DNA of 64,000 nucleotides from a virus. Below are positions 42,252 to 50,913 of the stretch, piece by piece. The notes beneath the pieces are model-generated. The model did no database searches. It saw only the letters and a program-made list of their open reading frames with translations, and had not been told where the DNA came from. The translations under genes and the position numbers were made by a program. Position 1 is the first letter of the stretch. The number at the start of each line of letters is the position of its first letter. The stretch spans positions 32,001 through 96,000 of the IMG/VR virus record IMGVR_UViG_3300032325_000466; one strand, 5' to 3'.

Positions 42252-44324
42252 TTATTCTATATCTACTGAAGTAGCGTAGCTAGTAAAGCCACCCTCTTTG
42301 ATTACTTTTAGTACACTGGGAACACGACCTGCTAGCTCCTCACGATGACTAACTAACCAAATACTCTTTTGACGACGCCTAGACATATCTTTTAAGATAG
42401 CGATACTATTTTCAACACCCATAGTATCTAGACCCGAGTCTATCAGTTCATCAATGAAAAGCGTATTTATAGGAGAATATAGATTTTCCCAAACATCTCT
42501 AAACGCAAAGCTTAGACCCAATATAAGACGATTACGCTCACCCCTGGATAAATTATCAAAGTCTAATTCACGACCCAACTCAGTAATTTCTACAGTTAGA
42601 TCATTTTTAAAGATAACTTGATGTGGTAGTCCAATTTTATCTAAGTAATGGGTTAGTCTAGCATTTAAATAGCTAAGATTTTGGTCAATGATCTTTTTAC
42701 GAACAAATGAATCTTTGCTAGTTAATAAATCAAGTAGAAACTTTTCATGCTCCATTTTGCGAGTTAGCACATTAATCCTATCAAAATTGATTTCTTGTAG
42801 CGCCTGACTCTCCATTTCTGCTATTTGTTCAGCATAGGGATCAGACTCTAAATTCTTGTTAGTAATTTGGACTAGTAATGACTCTACTCTGCTGCTATGC
42901 TTTACAGCCGCACTTTCAGTATCGTAGTGAGTTTTAGGCTGTACTCCCAGTGTTAAATCAGTATGCTCTAATAATTGCTCGGCATAAGGATCAACCTCAC
43001 TCTTTTTAGCGTCAATTTTTTGCTGAATAGAATCAATTTCACTACTATGTTTGATAGCTTCAGTTTCAGTTTTATAGTGTGTAGTAGGCTTAGTGGGTAC
43101 AAATACTTCGTTTGCTTCTAATGTAGCATATTCACTAGCTAATACGTCCGCTGCTTTTCTACTTTCTGTTAAATCTTTTATTTTTTTGTCTAGAACTGTG
43201 GCATGCTCTTCATCATGAAAGTCTTGCTTACATGCATAACATTTATGATCTTTAAGAGTTTGAACCTCAGTATCTAACTTTGCCCAATTTTTGTTTTCTT
43301 TATCTAGTTCTTTTTTAATTCTGGCAAGTTGGAGTTTACGGTCATCTGACTGCTTAACACAATCATTATAAACTACCAAATTTTTGTGTGCTTGTAGCTC
43401 ATCCTCAATGTAAATAGTATTGAGTGTACTTAATTGTTTGGTTAGATTTCTTATTTCTTCTTCTTGTTTTTGTTTCCAAGCAGTTTGCCTAGCCAATAAA
43501 CTATTATGCCGATCTAGCTTTTCTTTATTTTGTAGCCAAACCGCTAATTCTTTATGTGCTTTAAGTTCGCTAATGATATCAATATGGCTTAGCTCATCGT
43601 ATTCATTTACTAGCTTAACTAAATCTTCATCGTGTTTGGTTTGCCAAAGCTTTTCTCTACGCTTTAGCGAATCAATTTGTTCTTTAACTCGCTTATTGGC
43701 TTCTTCAATTGCTTTGACTCTGAATTCTTCTTGTTGTATAGCATCTTTGCTATCTCTAAGCATGGTCTTAATAATCTCGCCCTTTTCACTTAGTAGCGTG
43801 ATCCCAAGCAACTGTTCAATGATGTTTCGTTGATCATTGCTTTTCATTGCTAGAAAAGGTTCGGAGTAAGTATTAAGTGCTATAATGTGCTTGAACATAT
43901 CGGCCGACATGTTAATGATTTTTTCAATCTGTGCTTGCGTTTCTTTATTCTCGCCCTGAGCATCATCTTGAACTTTTTGTTGAACATCATTTACATAGAA
44001 TCTAAGGATATTGGGTTTTCGACCACGTTCGATTTTATACTCGATCCCATTTACACTAAATTCCAATGTAACCAACATAGCTTTACCGTTTGTACGATTT
44101 ACTAAATTGTCTTTACGAATAGAATTGATAGGGATCCCAAACAGCGCATAGCTAAGACCCTGGATAAGAGTAGTTTTACCTGTACCATTTCTAGCACCAT
44201 CACCCCCTAAGTCTAAATTCTCACCCAAGATTAGAGTTAAATCTTGACGATCAAAATTTACAGCTTGGGTGACAGCACCAATAGATAAAAAATTACGAAG
44301 AGAAATATTTTTTAGTATAATCAT
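42252..44324 (-). CDS. gp46: SbcC/Rad50-like recombination ATPase (T4 gp46-like)
   Basis: Walker A NGTGKTT, zinc hook CYAC, signature LSRGE, Walker B LFIDE, SH. Confidence 0.95.
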   Translation of the reverse strand: MIILKNISLRNFLSIGAVTQAVNFDRQDLTLILGENLDLGGDGARNGTGKTTLIQGLSYALFGIPINSIRKDNLVNRTNGKAMLVTLEFSVNGIEYKIERGRKPNILRFYVNDVQQKVQDDAQGENKETQAQIEKIINMSADMFKHIIALNTYSEPFLAMKSNDQRNIIEQLLGITLLSEKGEIIKTMLRDSKDAIQQEEFRVKAIEEANKRVKEQIDSLKRREKLWQTKHDEDLVKLVNEYDELSHIDIISELKAHKELAVWLQNKEKLDRHNSLLARQTAWKQKQEEEIRNLTKQLSTLNTIYIEDELQAHKNLVVYNDCVKQSDDRKLQLARIKKELDKENKNWAKLDTEVQTLKDHKCYACKQDFHDEEHATVLDKKIKDLTESRKAADVLASEYATLEANEVFVPTKPTTHYKTETEAIKHSSEIDSIQQKIDAKKSEVDPYAEQLLEHTDLTLGVQPKTHYDTESAAVKHSSRVESLLVQITNKNLESDPYAEQIAEMESQALQEINFDRINVLTRKMEHEKFLLDLLTSKDSFVRKKIIDQNLSYLNARLTHYLDKIGLPHQVIFKNDLTVEITELGRELDFDNLSRGERNRLILGLSFAFRDVWENLYSPINTLFIDELIDSGLDTMGVENSIAILKDMSRRRQKSIWLVSHREELAGRVPSVLKVIKEGGFTSYATSVDIE

Positions 44325-44542
44325 TTTAATCTCGTAAAAAAGCTCCTTTTGAGTCCTCTTTCAGCCCGCAGCGTGCGTTCCATTATACCTTCAAGTTTAA
44401 GCTTAACCCCGATTAACTGTCGCTGCTCTCTTAAACAACCTATATAAGAATGAGTGTTTGTTATCTCAGCTAGCGCAATGCCCAAGCATTTATTAATTTT
44501 AATCAAAGATTCTAATTTTTTATCTGCTTGACTTGATCTCAT
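44321..44542 (-). CDS. hypothetical protein (73 aa)
   Basis: ATGA overlaps on both sides within the gp47-gp46 operon. Confidence 0.6.
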   Translation of the reverse strand: MRSSQADKKLESLIKINKCLGIALAEITNTHSYIGCLREQRQLIGVKLKLEGIMERTLRAERGLKRSFFTRLK

Positions 44543-45555
44543 AAACTGTTATAAATCTCTAATAGAATGCGTTTGTCGAACGAGTTAGATTCGATAGCAT
44601 TAATCTGATCCAAAATAATTTGATCTACACTTTCAAATTTAAGATCACCAGTAGCAGGATCTTGCCCTGCTTGTTCTATTTTCATAGGTATTAGTGCCAT
44701 TTCTCTTAGCTTATGTTCTGGGATAAGTGTTTCTCTAATAAAATTGGCTTCTTCATATGAAATATCAATATCAAGATGCACTCTAACATGCGAATCGGGC
44801 AACAGCAATCCTTTTGGGTTTTCTAACACATCACTTAGCTTGTGAACTCTGAAAAGAGGTTGATTGGGCCAAGAATGAAATTCTGGCTCTTCACCCCAAG
44901 ATAGTATCATCATACCCCTAGCATCATCTCCCGCATCTGCATAATTGTGGGGGAAAGCGTTACCAATATACCAAATATTCTTTCTGCTTTGTCGTTTATG
45001 AAAATGTCCTGAAAATACTTTATCAAATCCAGTCATGTGATTCTCATTGATTTCCCCATGATCAGGCATTTCAATCATAGCATTCATAAAAAAATGAGGT
45101 AGCTCAAGATGCCCAAACATATACTTTGCAGACATTTTTTGTAACTTTTTATAATCTTCTTGAACTAACCATGGGGCAATAACCACATCGTCTTGTTTAA
45201 AAAACTCATTAACAATGGTTACTCTGGGTAAATGCTTTGCCCATGCCACACTGTGAATATCTCTGCGATCACGATAGTAAAGATCGTGATTACCAGGAAT
45301 AAAGAATACCTGATCAAAATTATCGTTGAGTTTTTCAAGAGCCTGCAGCCCAAACTGAAGAGTATGAATATTGATACTTGCTCTGTGGTGATTGTAGTCG
45401 CCCAAAAAGAAACAAGTTTCACACCCCTCAGCTTTAGCTTTAGCTATGAACCAATCTACGAAATTGGTACAGTCTTGGTTATGTTGTAGGCTATTGCTTT
45501 TCAAACCGAAATGAATATCAGTGAATGCAGCCGCTTTTTTAAATAATGTAGTCAT
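44539..45555 (-). CDS. gp47: SbcD/Mre11-like nuclease (T4 gp47-like)
   Basis: TDIHFG, LGD, GNHD, GHFH metallophosphoesterase motifs. Confidence 0.95.
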   Translation of the reverse strand: MTTLFKKAAAFTDIHFGLKSNSLQHNQDCTNFVDWFIAKAKAEGCETCFFLGDYNHHRASINIHTLQFGLQALEKLNDNFDQVFFIPGNHDLYYRDRRDIHSVAWAKHLPRVTIVNEFFKQDDVVIAPWLVQEDYKKLQKMSAKYMFGHLELPHFFMNAMIEMPDHGEINENHMTGFDKVFSGHFHKRQSRKNIWYIGNAFPHNYADAGDDARGMMILSWGEEPEFHSWPNQPLFRVHKLSDVLENPKGLLLPDSHVRVHLDIDISYEEANFIRETLIPEHKLREMALIPMKIEQAGQDPATGDLKFESVDQIILDQINAIESNSFDKRILLEIYNSL

Positions 45556-45562
45556 CTACTCT

Positions 45563-45591
45563 ATTATACAGATAAGATAAGTGATTAACAA
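45563..45591 (-). promoter_or_regulatory. sigma70-type promoter of the gp47-gp46 operon
   Basis: TTGTTA-17 bp-TATAAT, 7 nt before the ATG. Confidence 0.7.
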
Positions 45592-45605
45592 TAGCGAAGG
45601 TTACC

Positions 45606-46511
45606 TTATTCTTCATAAACGGTAGAACTAACCCCACCAGCACCACCTTGACGCGACCAACTTGGGTTAAGGCCGTTGATTTCCAAAATATCATCACGAA
45701 TATTTTGGTTACGCTTTTCAGTGTTTAGCACTCGACAAAATGAATTAGTTATAGCAGCAGTGTAATATGCAAATGGGTTAGCACTTTTCGCTTCATTAAA
45801 TCGAAGACCAACATAAGTTAGCTGTAGAATAGCACTGTTTTGCATTTCATCACGATAAGTGTATCCACGCCAGTTATACTTCATAGCATATTTTTCGCAC
45901 ATCATGATATACATTCGGGCTAGTGTATTGGTAAGCTGCCCATGATCTTTGCTAAACGAACCAGACACCAAATCACCCTGCCAATGACTTTTACCTACAC
46001 AGTAAAAGCTATTATTATCGTCAATCTTAAAATGCTGAAAGGGTGGGAAATTGACCTTAACATGAACCATATCGTCTATTTCTCTTGCAGTAACTACACC
46101 CTCTAAGTCTTCAAACAGTGAGTCGGATTCAATGATTTCAAGTTCAAAAATGTCTTTGGCTGTTTTCTTTTTAACAGTTTTTCTAGGTTGTTTGGGTGCA
46201 ACTGGAATATGATCCCAACACATTACGCGAAATACTAAGTCAGTGACAGGGATAGTAGTTGGGTCTATTTTTGTTCCCAGTTCTTGTCCTAACCTAACAG
46301 CACGATTTTCTTGTGCTTGCTGTATAATTTCTGGTTTGAAGGCATATTCTAAACTGGTATTAATGGGATCTTGGGGCATATCAACGATAAAATCATAGCG
46401 ATGATATTCAGGTTGTTCATAAAAACAGTAAGTATTTTTACTTGCGTGGATCTCTTTGAGTATATCTTTGTTGTTAAGATAATTGATTGGTTTTTTGTAT
46501 GGTATAGACAT
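45606..46511 (-). CDS. gp55: late-transcription sigma factor (T4 gp55-like)
   Basis: NYLNNKDILKE N-terminus; NWRGYTYRDEM...SANPFAYYTAAITNSFCRVLNTEK; start at MSIPYK with SD AAGGA. Confidence 0.88.
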   Translation of the reverse strand: MSIPYKKPINYLNNKDILKEIHASKNTYCFYEQPEYHRYDFIVDMPQDPINTSLEYAFKPEIIQQAQENRAVRLGQELGTKIDPTTIPVTDLVFRVMCWDHIPVAPKQPRKTVKKKTAKDIFELEIIESDSLFEDLEGVVTAREIDDMVHVKVNFPPFQHFKIDDNNSFYCVGKSHWQGDLVSGSFSKDHGQLTNTLARMYIMMCEKYAMKYNWRGYTYRDEMQNSAILQLTYVGLRFNEAKSANPFAYYTAAITNSFCRVLNTEKRNQNIRDDILEINGLNPSWSRQGGAGGVSSTVYEE

Positions 46512-46535
46512 AGCTTCCTTATATAGTTTTTTACT

Positions 46536-46564
46536 ATTATACAGCCTTGAGAACCGCAAATCAA
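46536..46564 (-). promoter_or_regulatory. sigma70-type promoter of the late sigma gene
   Basis: TTGATT-17 bp-TATAAT. Confidence 0.75.
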
Positions 46565-46646
46565 CCTATTATAGTTAAAAAGGGCACATTTTTGAAACGA
46601 TAAATATAGTGTAGAGATAGTATTTATACATAGGATATTAAGCATT

Positions 46647-48104
46647 ATGAGTCAAACTGCCGCTCAACAATTAGCCCAAGCACTAACAAAAAAACAGGCT
46701 GAGATTGCTAGTACCAAAAAAACTTTGGCTATTCAAACTCAACAACTTGCGGTTAGTCGAGCGGAGCTGGCGGCACAGGCTAAATTGGTAAATGATGCTA
46801 CGCAAAGTTTGCTTGCATATAAAGCAACATTAACCGATCCTGTACAACGAGCAGGTGTTGATCAATCTATAGCTGCGCTACAACCTAAGTTAATAGCACT
46901 GCAAAATCAAACATCTGGGCTACAGTCTGCGGTTAATTTTACTCGTTCTACTTTAAACACACAACAAACTGCTGCCGCTAATATTCAAAAACAGATTACA
47001 ACAGAAGAAAATTCTGCTAGCCAAACTGGGCCTGTCCCATCTGATACCAACAATGTAACGGATAACTCAGTAGTTAACACGACTGCTACTGAGATACCAG
47101 AACCTATAAGTCCCGTAGATCCTACACTGGGCGAGCTTGGTATTAATACAGCAATAATACCTAAGGCAGCTCCTGACCCTATAGATACTAATACATTGGG
47201 TGAACTTGGTATTAACACTGATCAACTAGTACCTGATCAAACATCCGCAGAAACAGCTAGGTTAGCCAGACAATCTAATGCTACTGGATTAGTAAAACAA
47301 ACTCGCTCGGATGCGGTCAAGGCTACAGCGATAAATCAACCTACTCAATCGGATTGGAGAGTTAGATTACATTTAGCTAAAAATGCAAATTATTTATACA
47401 ATGTGGCTAAACCGGGGGATTTATTGTTTCCTTTAAAAGATACTGAAGGAGTAATATTTCCCTATACGCCTTCAATTCAAGTTCAATATGCAGCTTCTTA
47501 TTCCCCTGCAGAAGTAGTACACTCTAACTATAAAATATTTCAATACAAAGGTAGTAGTGTGGACACAGTAACAATAACCTGTGATTTTACTGCACAGGAT
47601 AATAGTGAAGCGAATTATTTGTTAGCAGTAATACATTTCTTTAGATCCGTTACAAAAATGTTTTATGGTCAAGATCAAAATCCTAATCCTGGCGTTCCTC
47701 CCCCGTTGTGTTACCTTACTGGGTTAGGGGAATTTCAATTTAATAATCATTCATTAGTGGTAACTGGATTTACATATGATTTACCAACAGACGTTGATTA
47801 TATAAGAGCCGGTAGCCCAACTACAATTGCAGGAACACCATTAAATAATTTTAGACCAAATACCGGTATAGCAGATTCAGTAAAAATTCGCACAACAAAC
47901 AATAACGTGCCTATTGGAGGTCGACCATTTACACCTATGTTTCAACAATCATCTTATCTATCAAGTTCAAGTGTTACATATGTACCAACAAAAATGAAAA
48001 TGTCTATCGTTTGTTCACCTGTAGTTAGTCGCAATCAAGTTAGTAATGGGTTTAGTCTTAAACAATATGCTACCGGTGCATTAATTAAAGGAGGTTTTTG
48101 GTAA
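46647..48104 (+). CDS. baseplate/tail-tube initiator-like protein with N-terminal coiled coil
   Basis: DWRVRL...GVIFPYTPSI...HSNY...FTAQ...IHFFRSVTKMFYG...PPP tube-fold domain. Confidence 0.75.
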   Translation: MSQTAAQQLAQALTKKQAEIASTKKTLAIQTQQLAVSRAELAAQAKLVNDATQSLLAYKATLTDPVQRAGVDQSIAALQPKLIALQNQTSGLQSAVNFTRSTLNTQQTAAANIQKQITTEENSASQTGPVPSDTNNVTDNSVVNTTATEIPEPISPVDPTLGELGINTAIIPKAAPDPIDTNTLGELGINTDQLVPDQTSAETARLARQSNATGLVKQTRSDAVKATAINQPTQSDWRVRLHLAKNANYLYNVAKPGDLLFPLKDTEGVIFPYTPSIQVQYAASYSPAEVVHSNYKIFQYKGSSVDTVTITCDFTAQDNSEANYLLAVIHFFRSVTKMFYGQDQNPNPGVPPPLCYLTGLGEFQFNNHSLVVTGFTYDLPTDVDYIRAGSPTTIAGTPLNNFRPNTGIADSVKIRTTNNNVPIGGRPFTPMFQQSSYLSSSSVTYVPTKMKMSIVCSPVVSRNQVSNGFSLKQYATGALIKGGFW

Positions 48105-48412
48105 TGCAAAATTTTGTATATCCTGCATCAAGTCCATATAACATTACGGATACGGTAAATGATAACTTTTTAGATGTTATGATTAATCGTCCTATACCTA
48201 AAAATGCATCAGATATCTATTGGATCATAACTCAAACTTATAATTTAAGACCTGATTTATTAGCGTATGATACTTATGGTGATCCAAGACTATGGTGGGT
48301 ATTTGGGCAGCGTAATCCAAACACACTAAAAGATCCAATGTTTGATTTCGTTACTGGTGTTGGTATTTACTTGCCTACATCCGACACATTAATACAATCA
48401 TTAGGGGTGTAA
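48104..48412 (+). CDS. LysM-like baseplate wedge protein (gp53-like)
   Basis: YNLRPDLLAYDTYGDPRLWWVF. Confidence 0.85.
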   Translation: MQNFVYPASSPYNITDTVNDNFLDVMINRPIPKNASDIYWIITQTYNLRPDLLAYDTYGDPRLWWVFGQRNPNTLKDPMFDFVTGVGIYLPTSDTLIQSLGV

Positions 48413-48413
48413 T

Positions 48414-50879
48414 ATGGCTACGCAAAATCAAGCTAATGATGATAATCAAAGTGCAGCCGAAACAGCCAGATTGAATCGGTCTAACCCAACTACATCTACT
48501 AACTCTACTGTATCTACAAATGCTGATTTACCTGGTAGAAGATTGAAAAATCCATTAGGAGATTTTGCAAGCTACACCTATCAACTTAGTCTTTATATGG
48601 TAACACCTGATGCGTATGAATTATTTATAAGATCAGGTAGAAAAAATATAAATTCATTATTACAATCTTCGGCAGGAGTAGATCCAAATACTTTAGGTGA
48701 GTTGGGTATTAATACAAATAGAACCAATGCCACCGGTGGCGCCTTTATTGTTGCACAAAGTGGCGGAGTTAATCCTACTAATAATCTTCGCGCCCCCGGG
48801 ATGAATCTAGATTATTATATAGATGACCTAAGTATAAAGCATAGTATTACTGGAAAAGCTACAGAATCTGCAATTAATATAACAGACATGAAATTTTCAA
48901 TAATAGAACCATATGGGTTTGCTTTTAATACACAATTGATGCAAGCTTTCGAAACAATAAAAAAAAATAGTAAAATTAAAGATTATCAAGAAAGTGCTGG
49001 ACAATACAGACAATTCTTTATTTTAGGAATTAGATTTCAAGGATACACTCCAGATGGTACCCCTGCAACACCTGATAAATTTTTCTCATCAGATACCTTT
49101 AATCCTTCTGCATCAGCCAGTGGTGTATTTGAAAGATTTTTTGATATAAAAATAACATCAATTAAATTTAGAATTGATGGTACTATGACTAGATATACTG
49201 TTACAGCCTCTACGGCTCCTCCGCAATTGGCATTTGGTCAAAAATATGGTGTAGTAGATGACAAGATATCAATAACCGCAGATACTGCAGGTAAGGCATT
49301 ATCCTCATTAATGAATGCCTTAAATAAAAATCAACAGGGTAGAAATGTAAATATTCAATATGAAATTGAATATTTAGGAGAGGCGAACCCTATTAAAAAT
49401 GCTAGCATGATAAACCCCGGGGATGTAGATAAAGCAAAACGACCCGGTAGTAACGCACAAACCTCTGCCCAAGTAAATGAAGCGACTGCGAGCACCGCAA
49501 TAGCAAATAATACAAAACGAATCATTGAAATAAACAATGGCACTTCAGTAGCACAAGCAATAGAACAAATAATTAAACAGAGTAGTTATTTGCGCGATGC
49601 ATTAACAACTATATACACTACCCAAGAAACACCAAATAAAGAAACTGCATCCCCTGATGTAATAGTAAATAAAAATCCACGGGACATTCAATGGTATAAT
49701 TTAGGAGCAAGAGTAGAAACATTGGCATGGGATACAAAAGTAGGTGATTTTTCTTATAAAATAACTTATGTTATTCAACCATATAAAACCCCCTCTACTT
49801 ATACGCCGTATGGAAAAACAAATTCATATTATGGTCCTCATAAAAGATATAATTATTGGTTTACTGGTAAGAATAGCGAAATTCTAGAGTATACACAAAC
49901 ATTGGATAATCTTTATTATAACATAGTACAAACTCCCAGCAGCGATCCCAATTCACCTAGATATTTAGAAGGTCCCGACGTACCTTCAATTCCAGATAAA
50001 CTCAATGATTATGATCGAACCAATAGCTTAAATATTAGTCAAGCCGCAGAAAATCAATATCTTACTAGTTTGTATTCTCCCGGAAACTGGGCCGAAGCAA
50101 CCATTAAAATTTTAGGAGACCCTGATTTTTTAATGAATGATTCACCTGGATCATTAAATGAAGTATACCGAGCATATTATGGCAATGATGGTTTTACTAT
50201 TAACCCCAATGGCGGACAAGTTTTTGTAGAAATTAATTTTAATGAGGGTAGAGATTATAACAATAATACAGGATTATTAGATATTAATCAATCTATAATA
50301 TTTTGGGCAGAACCAAATGGAGTACCGATAAACACTAAGATTAATGGCATCTCCTATTTAGTAACGGAGGTTGAGAGCGTGTTTTCGGGTGGTAGCTTCA
50401 CTCAAAAACTGAAGTTAAACCATAGCACAGTTCCTTATACTCAAAACGAGAAAACTGCAAGCAACGCTGAAAGAGAAAATAGTAACACTCCTGAAGGAGA
50501 CAACAGGACACCATCTTCTCGGGGCGGCACAACAAAAACAACCCCCTCACCAAATGGTTCGGTGTCGCAGTCTACTGGATTTGTTCAAGATGATGCTACT
50601 GGAGTAGATGCCCAAGTTAAACGAATACAAGCACCGGCGCAAAATAAATCAAGTACTACCAATCCCCCTGCGGTTATACCTACGAATTTTGGGATTGTCG
50701 CAGATGATGATTCTACTGCATTTATTGGCACTACACAGGCAGGTAAAGCGGGTAATGGTTCTTCCAATAATAGAGAACAAGTAAAGGCCAATGCCACTTT
50801 AGTAACAACAGCAGGAACAGGTAGAACAATTAGCGTCCCTTTCAGTGGACGTGGCGGCGGCAGGACCAATCCACAATAA
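48414..50879 (+). CDS. baseplate hub protein (gp27-like)
   Basis: NPLGDFASYTYQLSLY, IIEPYG, IKILGDPDF motifs; lies between the LysM gene and the spike gene. Confidence 0.7.
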   Translation: MATQNQANDDNQSAAETARLNRSNPTTSTNSTVSTNADLPGRRLKNPLGDFASYTYQLSLYMVTPDAYELFIRSGRKNINSLLQSSAGVDPNTLGELGINTNRTNATGGAFIVAQSGGVNPTNNLRAPGMNLDYYIDDLSIKHSITGKATESAINITDMKFSIIEPYGFAFNTQLMQAFETIKKNSKIKDYQESAGQYRQFFILGIRFQGYTPDGTPATPDKFFSSDTFNPSASASGVFERFFDIKITSIKFRIDGTMTRYTVTASTAPPQLAFGQKYGVVDDKISITADTAGKALSSLMNALNKNQQGRNVNIQYEIEYLGEANPIKNASMINPGDVDKAKRPGSNAQTSAQVNEATASTAIANNTKRIIEINNGTSVAQAIEQIIKQSSYLRDALTTIYTTQETPNKETASPDVIVNKNPRDIQWYNLGARVETLAWDTKVGDFSYKITYVIQPYKTPSTYTPYGKTNSYYGPHKRYNYWFTGKNSEILEYTQTLDNLYYNIVQTPSSDPNSPRYLEGPDVPSIPDKLNDYDRTNSLNISQAAENQYLTSLYSPGNWAEATIKILGDPDFLMNDSPGSLNEVYRAYYGNDGFTINPNGGQVFVEINFNEGRDYNNNTGLLDINQSIIFWAEPNGVPINTKINGISYLVTEVESVFSGGSFTQKLKLNHSTVPYTQNEKTASNAERENSNTPEGDNRTPSSRGGTTKTTPSPNGSVSQSTGFVQDDATGVDAQVKRIQAPAQNKSSTTNPPAVIPTNFGIVADDDSTAFIGTTQAGKAGNGSSNNREQVKANATLVTTAGTGRTISVPFSGRGGGRTNPQ

Positions 50880-50913
50880 ATAACCATAAATAACAGGAAA
50901 GAGTTAACAATAT

